Shown in pieces: positions 7,277 to 15,860 of a DNA stretch of 32,000 nt. The position numbers and the translations under genes are program-made. The stretch is taken from the NCBI RefSeq assembly GCF_000018105.1, contig NC_009926.1, positions 120,001-152,000 of the forward strand, read 5' to 3'. The DNA comes from Acaryochloris marina MBIC11017 (GTDB lineage Bacteria; Cyanobacteriota; Cyanobacteriia; Thermosynechococcales; Thermosynechococcaceae). Position 1 is the first letter of the stretch. Each line of letters starts with the position of its first letter. The notes under the pieces are model-generated. The model saw only the letters and a program-made list of their open reading frames with translations, did no database searches and was not told where the DNA came from.

Positions 7277-9640
7277 ATGTCAACACCGACCATTGCCTTA
7301 ATTGGCAACCCAAACTGTGGTAAAACCACTCTTTTTAACGATTTAACTGGAACGAACCAGAGAACGGGTAATTGGCCAGGGGTGACCGTTGATCAGAAAA
7401 CGGGACACTATCACTACAACGGCACCAAAACGACGGTGGTGGATTTGCCTGGGGTGTATTCCCTAGATGGCGAAGATGACAGTACGGGGCTAGATGAAGT
7501 GATTGCCCGCGACTATCTACTGTCCACCGAGGCCGATTTAATTTTGAATATTGTCGATGCCTCTAACTTGGAGCGAAATCTCTACCTCACCACCCAAATC
7601 ATGGAAATGGGACTACCCATGGTGGTGGCCTTAAACATGATGGACATTGCTCAGGATCACGACTTGGACATTGATGCGCAGGTGTTATCTCATCGCATCG
7701 GCTGTCCTGTGAGTTCCATGAGCGCGTTTCTAGGAGAGGGCATCCACGAAATCAAAGATATTATTAATAGCTATGTTGATGATCCGAAAAATCATCCCAC
7801 CTTTGTCACCTATCCAGCGGTGATTGAAGATGCCATCCATCAGCTAGAGCCTATTGTTCAGCAGCAGGGGCATAATCCTAAAATTGCCCCTCGCTGGACC
7901 GCCTTAAAGTTGCTGGAATATGAAAATCGGGTGGCCCCAGAGTTGCAGGGACAGCAGCTTGAGCAAATCATTGCCAAACATCGCCGCCAAGTTCACCAGT
8001 TATTGCATGAAGATATCGATATTTTGGTAGCGGATACTCGCTACGGCTATATCCGCAGCCTCATGCAAGCAGCGGTTCAACAAACCCATCAGGTTAGCCA
8101 CTCCAAATCGGATCAGATTGATCAGGTCGTCCTTAACCGCTGGATTGGCATTCCCCTATTTTTGGTGGTGATGTATTTGATGTTTTTCATTGCCATCAAT
8201 ATCGGTGGGGCCTTTATCGACTTTTTCGATATTGCCGTGGGGACACTGGTTGTAGATGCGCCTCAAACCTGGCTGGAGTCCGTTGGTGCACCGGGCTGGT
8301 TCACGGGTATCGTCACCGCCGCCGGGAGTGGCATCCAAACCGTCGCGACGTTTATCCCCCAAATTGGCCTGCTGTTTCTGATTCTGGCATTGCTAGAAGA
8401 TTCAGGCTATATGGCCAGAGCCGCGTTTGTGATGGATAAGCTGATGCGATTTGTCGGCTTGCCAGGTAAATCGTTTATTCCCATGCTGGTGGGATTTGGC
8501 TGTAATGTACCGGCAATTATGGCGACTCGAACTTTGGAAAACCGACGCGATCGCCTGATGACGATCATGATGAATCCGTTTATGTCCTGTGGGGCCAGGT
8601 TGCCTGTATATGCGCTGTTTGCAGCGGCCTTTTTTCCCCGTAATGGTCAGAATTTGGTATTTGGCCTATACCTTATTGGGATCGCTGCTGCCGTATTTAC
8701 TGGGTTTGTAATGAAAAACACGATTATGCAGGGCGAGGCCTCCCCGCTGGTGATGGAATTGCCTCCCTACCATATTCCTAAACTTAAAGGTGTTTTTCTG
8801 CGGGCTGGAGACCGACTCAAAACCTTCTTGCTGAAAGCGGGCAAGATGATTGTGCTGATGGTGATGGTTCTGGCCTTCTTAAATTCCGTGGGGACAGATG
8901 GTTCCTTTGGTCAGCAGGATAGCCAAAACTCAGTGTTGTCAGCTAGCAGTCGAACCATTACGCCTATGTTTGCCCCTATGGGCGTTCAAGCCGAGAATTG
9001 GCCAGCGACGGTGGGCATTTTTACAGGTGTCTTTGCCAAGGAGGCCATGGTGGGATCGTTGGATTCACTCTACGGTCAACTGGCTGAAGAAGCAGCACCC
9101 CAAGGTGAGGCAGATCCTCCCTTTAATTTCGGTGAGAATCTTCAGGCTGCCTTGGTTAGCATCCCGACCAATATGGTTAGTTTAGGGAATCAACTGCTCG
9201 ATCCGCTGGGATTAAATGTTGGCGATGTCCAAGATCAGAGTGCAGTGGCTGAAGAACAAGAACTTTCCACAAGCACCTTTGGTCAAATGGCTCAGCGGTT
9301 TGGCACTTCAACGGCGGCCTTTGCTTACCTCTTGTTCGTGCTGATGTATTTTCCTTGTGTGGCAGCGACTGGGGCGGTTTACCGAGAAACCAATTTAGGA
9401 TGGACGGCATTAGTGGCAGCTTGGACGACTGGCTTGGCCTATTGGGTGGCAACGATGTTTTATCAGGTGGCCACTTTTGCCCAACATCCAGGGTTCTCTA
9501 CCGTCTGGCTGGGTAGCGGAGCAGTGGTGATGGTAGCTGTAATCGGCCTTCTAAAGACCCTCGGTACCAAGCGAAATGCTGTCTCTATCAGCCCTAGACA
9601 AAACACAAGTAGGCCAAAGGCAACCGCAGGAAAAAGTTAG
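7277..9640 (+). CDS. feoB: ferrous iron transporter FeoB (787 aa)
   Basis: N-terminal G-domain (GNPNCGKTTLFN, DLPG, NMMD) followed by a polytopic membrane domain with gate motifs. SD-like AGGA upstream. Confidence 0.95.
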   Translation: MSTPTIALIGNPNCGKTTLFNDLTGTNQRTGNWPGVTVDQKTGHYHYNGTKTTVVDLPGVYSLDGEDDSTGLDEVIARDYLLSTEADLILNIVDASNLERNLYLTTQIMEMGLPMVVALNMMDIAQDHDLDIDAQVLSHRIGCPVSSMSAFLGEGIHEIKDIINSYVDDPKNHPTFVTYPAVIEDAIHQLEPIVQQQGHNPKIAPRWTALKLLEYENRVAPELQGQQLEQIIAKHRRQVHQLLHEDIDILVADTRYGYIRSLMQAAVQQTHQVSHSKSDQIDQVVLNRWIGIPLFLVVMYLMFFIAINIGGAFIDFFDIAVGTLVVDAPQTWLESVGAPGWFTGIVTAAGSGIQTVATFIPQIGLLFLILALLEDSGYMARAAFVMDKLMRFVGLPGKSFIPMLVGFGCNVPAIMATRTLENRRDRLMTIMMNPFMSCGARLPVYALFAAAFFPRNGQNLVFGLYLIGIAAAVFTGFVMKNTIMQGEASPLVMELPPYHIPKLKGVFLRAGDRLKTFLLKAGKMIVLMVMVLAFLNSVGTDGSFGQQDSQNSVLSASSRTITPMFAPMGVQAENWPATVGIFTGVFAKEAMVGSLDSLYGQLAEEAAPQGEADPPFNFGENLQAALVSIPTNMVSLGNQLLDPLGLNVGDVQDQSAVAEEQELSTSTFGQMAQRFGTSTAAFAYLLFVLMYFPCVAATGAVYRETNLGWTALVAAWTTGLAYWVATMFYQVATFAQHPGFSTVWLGSGAVVMVAVIGLLKTLGTKRNAVSISPRQNTSRPKATAGKS
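8547..8554. repeat. HIP1 octamer GCGATCGC (one of five perfect copies)
   Basis: Perfect copies found by eye at 8547-8554, 14954-14961, 15622-15629, 24047-24054 and 28773-28780. About 0.5 would be expected in 32 kb under uniform base composition. I may have missed copies. Confidence 0.8.
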
Positions 9641-9656
9641 AACTCTCTGCCCTTGG

Positions 9657-9695
9657 GGATAATAAGGCATTAAGGTTCTACCTTACTTATTATCC
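9657..9695 (+). other. compound AT-rich hairpin between feoB and the feoC-like gene
   Basis: GGATAATAAG...CTTATTATCC forms a perfect 10-bp outer stem. TAAGG-ttcta-CCTTA forms an inner stem. There is no U-tract, so it is more likely a processing or stability element than a terminator. Confidence 0.3.
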
Positions 9696-9732
9696 TCATT
9701 GGGCTTCAACTCCTCAAATCAGAGCAAGAATA

Positions 9733-10119
9733 ATGATTCTCAAAGAGTTACAAGACTTTGTCCTCGATTATCACCGAGTTTCCCTGGCAGAAATGGAGCT
9801 CCATTTTCATATGGATGGTGATGCCCTTCGACATATGCTCACTAAACTCGTTCACAAAGGAAGGGTTCGCAAGTTACCAATCCCAGAACATTGCCATGGC
9901 TGTACATTCTGTAACCCGGACACGATCGAGTTCTACGAATGGGTCGATCAAGCTCAGCTAGGTGCGTCCCATTTGCCCAAAAAATTGATGACAAAAGCTC
10001 AAATCCACAGCATCCATTCCCTGGAAGAAGAAGATCCAAAAAAAAGTGAGCAAAATGCTATTAAATATGCAGTGATTTTACATGACTGCAAGGCCGGAAA
10101 GAAGCCAAAAGAGGAGTGA
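9733..10119 (+). CDS. FeoC-like winged-helix protein with Cys motif and a ~55-aa charged C-terminal extension
   Basis: The N-terminal 70 aa resemble FeoC (LKELQDFVL...VSLAEMELHF...LRHMLTKLVHKGRVRKL...CHGCTFC...EFYEWV). Lies immediately downstream of feoB. Confidence 0.6.
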   Translation: MILKELQDFVLDYHRVSLAEMELHFHMDGDALRHMLTKLVHKGRVRKLPIPEHCHGCTFCNPDTIEFYEWVDQAQLGASHLPKKLMTKAQIHSIHSLEEEDPKKSEQNAIKYAVILHDCKAGKKPKEE

Positions 10120-10141
10120 TAATTGCATCAGGAGAATCACA

Positions 10142-10417
10142 ATGTCTTGGTTTTCTCGTTCAGCTCCAACTAATGAAATTCAACTTCACATTGAAGATTT
10201 ACACTGTGAAATGTGCGCTCAAACCGTCAAGGAAGCCTTGAAAAAAGTTTCAGGAGTCAAAAAAGTACAAGTTAAATTATCCAAAAAACAAGTGAATGTT
10301 GCGATCATTGAGAATAGAGAGGTTGATTTTGCTTCTTTGGCTAGCGCTTTAGAACCCACTGGATACCAAGCAGATTGTTGGCAGGAAAAAAGGTCTGGGT
10401 TAAAGCACTCTGAATAG
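10142..10417 (+). CDS. heavy-metal-associated (HMA) domain protein, CxxC = CEMC (91 aa)
   Basis: Ferredoxin-like HMA pattern (LHIEDLHCEMCAQTVKEALKKVSGVKKVQV...). ATG at 10142 is preceded by GGAG at 10131-10134. The ORF-track start at 10082 overlaps the upstream gene and lacks an SD. Confidence 0.65.
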   Translation: MSWFSRSAPTNEIQLHIEDLHCEMCAQTVKEALKKVSGVKKVQVKLSKKQVNVAIIENREVDFASLASALEPTGYQADCWQEKRSGLKHSE

Positions 10418-10790
10418 ATATTGATTCTTTAGTTATGTTCTGTCAGATAAATCTAATGGCTGGAATGACTGATGATCAGCGCATTAGCTCTTGATAACGA
10501 AAGAATTATTTCTCCCGAGATTAACAAACCATCATTAGTCGACTAAAAGAATTAACATCTAGCCCAGACCTTATCGCCGCCAACTTGTTCGATGGAGTGT
10601 TTGTTGGTTTAGCTGATGACTGCTGATCTATAGCTACTGTATATAAAACTTAGTTCTAGAGAACGAGATGTGTTGATTCTCAGCAATATGATTTCAGCCT
10701 GGGCGGTAACAGTCAATCTATCACTTCTCTGTCGAAATACTATTGATAACCAATTTCAATAAAGTTATAGTGGAATTTCCTCACACAACA

Positions 10791-10827
10791 CCGTCTAGAG
10801 CCTGATCCTATTTCAGGCTCTAGACGG
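10791..10827 (-). terminator. perfect 15-bp stem hairpin downstream of dps
   Basis: CCGTCTAGAGCCTGA-tcctatt-TCAGGCTCTAGACGG. On the minus strand it is followed by tgttgtgtg. Lies ~110 nt past the dps stop codon. Confidence 0.55.
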
Positions 10828-10937
10828 AAAAACCAATTCTAGATATCAGAGAGACATTCCCACATTGCAGACAATCATTCACTCAAAAGATGATGGTATG
10901 ATTCAGCCTCACTTAGGTGATATTCAGAATATTCGCA

Positions 10938-11465
10938 CTATCTCTGCACCAAAGTATCTGGCGCTAAGAAGTGGGCAAGATGATAGGCTCGCTCTTCAGT
11001 CTCAACTAGCATTTTTTCGTACAGGAATCGGGTTCCCCGATCGCCCAAGCTCTCTGCCTGTGATGTCTGTCGGCGGAGTAGTTCTATTAATGACTGTTCT
11101 GCAGCCAAATCATGTTCCACCATAGTGCGACAATCAAAGGCGTCATCTGCTTCTGGGGTAAAGCAGCAGAGTTCCGCCAGTTTGGTAAAGCTCGCAGCCG
11201 GAACTCCACCCAGGCCATTGAGACGTTCTCCTAATTCATGAACATGGCCTTTTACTTCACCCGCACTCTCATGGAAAAATTCATGAAGGCTGTAAAATTC
11301 AGCTCCCTCAACTACGAAGTGATGTTTCTGATACTGAAGATATAGCGCCTGAAAGCTGGCTAGCAGGATGTTCATCCCCTCACAAACGGGTTCTGTAATC
11401 GAGCGTTCTAGATGCAATACATTTTCTGAAATTTGATTGAATGATTGTGCAACGGTATCTGGCAT
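10938..11465 (-). CDS. dps: Dps family ferritin-like DNA-binding/iron-storage protein
   Basis: Dps ferroxidase-site pattern ([21 protein letters not shown].....HVHELGERL). Strong SD GAGAGGAG upstream of the ATG at 11465. Confidence 0.9.
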   Translation of the reverse strand: MPDTVAQSFNQISENVLHLERSITEPVCEGMNILLASFQALYLQYQKHHFVVEGAEFYSLHEFFHESAGEVKGHVHELGERLNGLGGVPAASFTKLAELCCFTPEADDAFDCRTMVEHDLAAEQSLIELLRRQTSQAESLGDRGTRFLYEKMLVETEERAYHLAHFLAPDTLVQR

Positions 11466-11691
11466 AACGGTCTCCTCTCAAAACTCAACATTTCAATTGA
11501 TAGGGCTAAACAAGAAAACGAATAAAGGTATCAAAAAGCGAGTCAATCCTCAGTAAACAAAAACCCTATATCCGTCAGTCAAATAACCACATATAAACTA
11601 TTGACAACTCATTTATCTCAGCAATTTTAACCAATTAATATGCTTCAGATGCCTTTATCCTAACAGCCTTTAGAGTTTTATTCATCGACAG

Positions 11692-11773
11692 GTTCAACGT
11701 GGTTCAAGCAACAGAATTCTAAGTTCAAATATTATTGATAATTATTTTCATTCTGCCCTGAATATATGTTCAA
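11692..11773 (+). promoter_or_regulatory. four GTTCAA hexamers in direct orientation (starts 11692, 11702, 11723, 11768)
   Basis: Read directly. Start-to-start spacings are 10, 21 and 45 bp. They bracket the Fur-like box in the dps / 11834 divergent promoter. Confidence 0.35.
11737..11755. promoter_or_regulatory. Fur-box-like site GATAATTATTTTCATTCTG
   Basis: 14/19 matches to GATAATGATAATCATTATC. ~80 nt upstream of the ATG at 11834 and ~270 nt upstream of dps. Confidence 0.45.
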
Positions 11774-11833
11774 GCTTTGATATAGAAATCATAAAACTCA
11801 ACATAGTTTGTTAGTAGGAGTGAGAGGTGAAAA

Positions 11834-12097
11834 ATGGAATCTAAACGTCAGGTCTCAAAGAACAGTATTACTGTTGAAATACATTGTCAGAATCGATGGG
11901 TGATTTATCGCCGTCTCCAGGAACTTGATATTGCCTGTGATTGCTCAGCTTATCAACCATTGACGATTCAGGTTGATACTCCTGAAAAGGCCATTCAGCT
12001 ATGGAGTATTTCACGTCGGGTTTCGCAACCTTGCCAGCAGCTCATATGGGAACTAGAGAAATGTTGGCAGTTATATTCATATCGGTTTAAGAAATAA
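11834..12097 (+). CDS. small Cys-containing hypothetical protein (87 aa)
   Basis: ATG preceded by GGAGTGAGAGGTG. Contains WVIYRRLQELDIACDC. Probably a conserved cyanobacterial small protein, but I cannot name the family with confidence. Confidence 0.6.
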   Translation: MESKRQVSKNSITVEIHCQNRWVIYRRLQELDIACDCSAYQPLTIQVDTPEKAIQLWSISRRVSQPCQQLIWELEKCWQLYSYRFKK

Positions 12098-12117
12098 CTC
12101 ACTCAAAGGGTGATGCT

Positions 12118-12576
12118 ATGTTTCCTTTTAGCTTGCAGGGCGTTTTTGAATTGGAGCTTCCTCACATAAAGGATGAGGAAATTCTGCATCGAATAATTCG
12201 AGCATTAGAGATAGAACGGGCCAAAAATATTCGATATTCTGGTCATTGGGTCAGATTTCGAGGTGGGCAGTTTCGAGCAGTGAGGCGTGGGAATCGACTG
12301 AGTTCAATTACGACGGGTACGATTACGATTGAGCGAAAAAATGAGCGTAGGCTGAGAGTTCACTATTACCTTGCTGTTTGGGAGTTGTTCTTGATTTTTA
12401 CGGGGGTGGTGGTTGTTTTGTTTGGGCCAATCATTTGGCAAGAATACTCATCAAATCCTCGCACTGTGATGCTCATTTTAGGGGGGATGTGGTTTTGGCT
12501 ATTTGGAGTTAGTTTAATGCGAGTCCGACTCTGCTTTCCCTGGTTTCTGAAGGATTTTATCAGCCTCCACCAATAG
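12118..12576 (+). CDS. hypothetical membrane protein (152 aa; soluble basic N-domain + 2 TM)
   Basis: Begins 20 nt after the previous stop, with AAGGG upstream. Two hydrophobic helices (LFLIFTGVVVVLFGPII and VMLILGGMWFWLFGVSL). Confidence 0.55.
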   Translation: MFPFSLQGVFELELPHIKDEEILHRIIRALEIERAKNIRYSGHWVRFRGGQFRAVRRGNRLSSITTGTITIERKNERRLRVHYYLAVWELFLIFTGVVVVLFGPIIWQEYSSNPRTVMLILGGMWFWLFGVSLMRVRLCFPWFLKDFISLHQ

Positions 12577-12674
12577 GAGACAAAGGGCGATCCCCCTTGC
12601 TCCATTCAGCCATCAGTAGAAAAGACTTCTTCAAACAAAGATGGTTTGCCTGAGCTAGGGAATTACCTCCAGAC

Positions 12675-13478
12675 TTATCTTTCTCGCTTTTGTAATCGAT
12701 CTAAGCGCAGCTGATGCTCAGGAGTGAACAAAACCTGAAACGCCAGCATCACAATGCCCATGCAAGCCAGTGCCGTTCCCGCTGCAATGGTGAAGAAGAT
12801 AACAATTTGATAGCGCACGGCATCCGTGGGAGCAACTCCTCCTAAAATTTGCCCTGTCATCATCCCTGGTAAGCTGACTAATCCCACGACCATCATGGAA
12901 TTGATGGTGGGAATCATGCCCGTCCGAATTGCATCCCGAATCATCGAATTGGCTGCTTCCCAGCGGGTTGCTCCCAGTGCCAGGAGAGCTTCAATTTGAG
13001 ATTGCTGTCTGACTAAATCTTCCATCAACCGATCCAGTGCTAAGGATGTTCCCGTCAGCGTGTTTCCCAATACCATTCCCAATAACGGAATGACATACTG
13101 CGGGTTATACCAAGGATCAATCTGAATGATTCCACCCACTAACAGGCCCGTAACCAATGCACTCGAAGCTAGGATTGAAAGCAAACTCCGCCAAAAAATT
13201 GCGGGGAATCGCCGCTGAGTCCGGTTGACGGAGGCATTCCCCGCAATCACACTCATCATTAAAGCGACGAAAAACACTAACCAAGGATTATCAAGAGCAA
13301 AGACCCACGCCAAGATATATCCAACTAATAAAAGCTGCACGACCATTCGGATGGCTGCAATACCCAAGCTTTTGGCGAGACCCAACTGCAAGGCAAAAGA
13401 AAGACCAATATTGACGAAAATCAAGCCTGCAGCAAGCGCCAGTTGAAAATCACTGATTGGAATATAACTCTGGTTCAT
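12675..13478 (-). CDS. fetB: FetB/YbbM-family (UPF0014) ABC iron-export permease
   Basis: ~265-aa polytopic protein typical of YbbM/FetB. ATGA overlap with the upstream ATPase. Confidence 0.8.
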   Translation of the reverse strand: MNQSYIPISDFQLALAAGLIFVNIGLSFALQLGLAKSLGIAAIRMVVQLLLVGYILAWVFALDNPWLVFFVALMMSVIAGNASVNRTQRRFPAIFWRSLLSILASSALVTGLLVGGIIQIDPWYNPQYVIPLLGMVLGNTLTGTSLALDRLMEDLVRQQSQIEALLALGATRWEAANSMIRDAIRTGMIPTINSMMVVGLVSLPGMMTGQILGGVAPTDAVRYQIVIFFTIAAGTALACMGIVMLAFQVLFTPEHQLRLDRLQKRER

Positions 13479-14131
13479 TGCGGCTTTCTGGTGAGGGTCA
13501 AAGATCGATCCGTCACCCGCTGAAGTTGTTTCACATTATGACTAGTCCAAATACAGCAGCGTGAAGAATCTTCCTGTTGCCATTGATTCACCAAAACTTC
13601 GATTTGCTGGGCGGTACTTTCATCCATAGAGGCAGTCGGTTCGTCTAAAAGCAACACTTGGGGCGAGAGCTGTAAGGCCCTTAGACAAGCCACAATTTGT
13701 GCTTCTCCACCAGATAGGTTGTTAACAGAATGATGCAGGAACTCAAGCTGACGTCCAAGGGGCCATAAATATTCTAAGATTTGTTCTTGGTTATAAGCTT
13801 TAGGGTGGTGAATGGCCAATTGATAAACCTGCTGCAAATTAAATACAACGGTCCCTTCCAGCAGTGCAGGCCGCTGATGGAGGTAGATGACTTGGGCACG
13901 ATACTCAGGCATTGAAAAGCCTGACAAAGGCTGACCGTGAAAGGTGAGTTGACCTGCTTGCAACGCATCTAAACCAGCAATTGCTCTGAGTAAGAGGCTT
14001 TTGCCGACTCCAGAAGGACCAATGATAGCAAGACGTTCACCAGGGAATAGCTCAAAATCTAGGTGCTGCCAAATCCAGTGATGTTCAATCTTGCGACCAA
14101 TCTGAGCAGCGGATAGAAGGGGAGAGGACAT
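13475..14131 (-). CDS. fetA: FetA/YbbL-family ABC ATPase
   Basis: Walker A GPSGVGKS, signature LSGGEAQ, Walker B LLLDEPT. Short 218-aa single-NBD protein paired with a UPF0014 permease. Confidence 0.85.
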   Translation of the reverse strand: MSSPLLSAAQIGRKIEHHWIWQHLDFELFPGERLAIIGPSGVGKSLLLRAIAGLDALQAGQLTFHGQPLSGFSMPEYRAQVIYLHQRPALLEGTVVFNLQQVYQLAIHHPKAYNQEQILEYLWPLGRQLEFLHHSVNNLSGGEAQIVACLRALQLSPQVLLLDEPTASMDESTAQQIEVLVNQWQQEDSSRCCIWTSHNVKQLQRVTDRSLTLTRKPQ

Positions 14132-14193
14132 AGCTGGGTAGAAATAGAGTGATGTCTCATGGGGAGTAGGTTTGATGCTCTTTTTGGTTGCAC

Positions 14194-14478
14194 TGTATTC
14201 TGAATTCTACTGGTAATCCGGTTGGCATTCAGCATTCGAGTGAAACAGATTGAGGATTGGCTAGAAGTGAATAGCGAACACCAAATTGGGTGTTTTAGCA
14301 TCTGCGCTGCGGCCCGCTTAGTCCAGCGTTTAGTGTTTACATCAAGTCGCGGAGACGCTTCTTCAAAAATAACTAGCTCTAGATCTTTGAGGAAAATTCG
14401 AGAAAGGACTAGAATTTGGGTCTGTCCAGCCAAAAGACCGTCACCGTTAGTCCCTAAAATAGTGACTAAGCTTGTGGG
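14194..14478 (-). pseudogene. decayed C-terminal fragment of an ABC-exporter ATPase domain
   Basis: This frame reads ...GTNGDGLLAGQTQILVLSRIFLKDLELVIFEEASPRLDVNTKR...TSSQSSI... It aligns by eye to [37 protein letters not shown]...AHRLSTI. No Walker A and no proper start. An in-frame TAA lies at 14479-14481. Confidence 0.4.
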
Positions 14479-14576
14479 TTAGGATCTCGGAACGTCCCGT
14501 GCGAGTTTTGATCAACTTAAACATCTTCTTGCTATAAATCAGTGATTACAAGTACCCAAAAAGAGGTGTTTCAGTG

Positions 14577-15851
14577 CTAGTTAGTAACGGGCATCGTCTT
14601 ACCAACTTGACGTAGTACAGGTAAGCAGTAACCACCTATCCCCACCCAGATTAACGCTAGCGATGTAAGAACGTATAGCAAGGCAATACCTGCACCAGGC
14701 TGAGTCCCAAACACAGGCCCAATCGTTCCAGTAACGACCTTTGATTGCACTAGCGGTTCAAAGATGCGATCGGCAAGAGGACCGGCAATCAGAGAAGCCA
14801 CTGCCTTCAGTCCCTTATGGACCAGCGAGTTGGCCGCAAATACGCGCCCCTGAATCTCTGGTGCTGTATTCTCCATCCAGAGGGCGGTTTCGGAGCTGTT
14901 TAACAATGGAAAGTTGAGTGAGGAACAAAATTGACCTGGAATCCAGACCTGAAGCGATCGCCCAAATCCAAAGATAGTTTTCGCGAGACCTGCACCCATG
15001 AACCCAATCAATATGCCCTGCATCCGGCGTTTGGGTCCACCCCAAATAGTGAGAATAATCGCGCCTATCACTCCCCCAATTCCAGCAGCGGCTCCGGTGC
15101 TGGCTAAGACCTGAGCACTGCCGTTGCTACGGGCCAAAAGCATGGGGTTATAAATGGCTCCACCGAGATCATGGAAAAACCAAAACAGGGCTGTGATCAG
15201 CAAGAGTGCCTTGAGGTGAGGCTGTTTCCAGATGTAGCGAAACCCAAAGGTAAGCGAATGTGTTAATGTTTTCGGCTCAGGATCAGTATGCACGGGTTGG
15301 GGAATAATGGCAAAAATCAGGGTGGCAATCGCTCCCGCAAAAGTAACCAAATCAATGCCTAAAATACCAAGCAGCCCGATAGCGGGATACAGTACCCCGG
15401 CCAAGGCGGGGCTGAGAATGGAAGAACCATAATGTACTGCGGCATTCATGCTATTGGCCCGTATCAGTTGCGCCTCGGAAACGAGCAAAGAAACGGAGGC
15501 TTGATAGGCCAACTGCTGAATTTGCCCAAAGCCACCGTTAATGGCGGCAAAAAGATAGAGGTGCCAAATGGCTAGGCCATCAGTGAGATAGAGCGTACCG
15601 AGGCCAAGGGTAGATAGAGCGGCGATCGCATCCCCAAAAATCATTAAAGTTTTGCGGTTGACCCGATCGACAATTAGACCTGCGATCAGGGTGATGGGAA
15701 TCTGCGGCACTTGAAAAAAAAAGCCCACTAAGGCCAGGGCCGTCGCCGAGCCAGTTAACTGCCAAGCCCAGAGAATCAGGGCAAAGTAGGTCATGTAGCT
15801 GCCGACGGTCGAGATGAGCTGGCCGAACCAAATGAGGATAAAGGTTCGCAT
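14577..15851 (-). CDS. MFS transporter, EntS/MFS_3 (siderophore-exporter-like) family
   Basis: 12-TM profile. N-terminus FGQLISTVGSYMTYFALILW...LIAGLIVDRVNRK is typical of the MFS_3 family. Begins 9 nt downstream of the binding-protein gene. Confidence 0.85.
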   Translation of the reverse strand: MRTFILIWFGQLISTVGSYMTYFALILWAWQLTGSATALALVGFFFQVPQIPITLIAGLIVDRVNRKTLMIFGDAIAALSTLGLGTLYLTDGLAIWHLYLFAAINGGFGQIQQLAYQASVSLLVSEAQLIRANSMNAAVHYGSSILSPALAGVLYPAIGLLGILGIDLVTFAGAIATLIFAIIPQPVHTDPEPKTLTHSLTFGFRYIWKQPHLKALLLITALFWFFHDLGGAIYNPMLLARSNGSAQVLASTGAAAGIGGVIGAIILTIWGGPKRRMQGILIGFMGAGLAKTIFGFGRSLQVWIPGQFCSSLNFPLLNSSETALWMENTAPEIQGRVFAANSLVHKGLKAVASLIAGPLADRIFEPLVQSKVVTGTIGPVFGTQPGAGIALLYVLTSLALIWVGIGGYCLPVLRQVGKTMPVTN

Positions 15852-15860
15852 TGATTCGGC

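Noticed and set aside
10082-10141. Longer start (ATG 10082) for the HMA protein
   Set aside because: It would overlap the feoC-like gene by 38 nt and add a non-HMA leader. The ATG at 10142 has a GGAG SD and begins right at the domain.
10865-11125. 86-aa ORF antisense to dps
   Set aside because: It lies entirely within the well-supported dps gene on the other strand and has no recognisable features.
14059-14482. ORFs 14059-14433 (-) and 14222-14482 (+) as real genes
   Set aside because: The minus ORF starts with TTG, overlaps the fetA start and is only the open remnant of a degraded ABC domain. The plus ORF is its antisense shadow. Neither has an SD or a family match as an intact protein.
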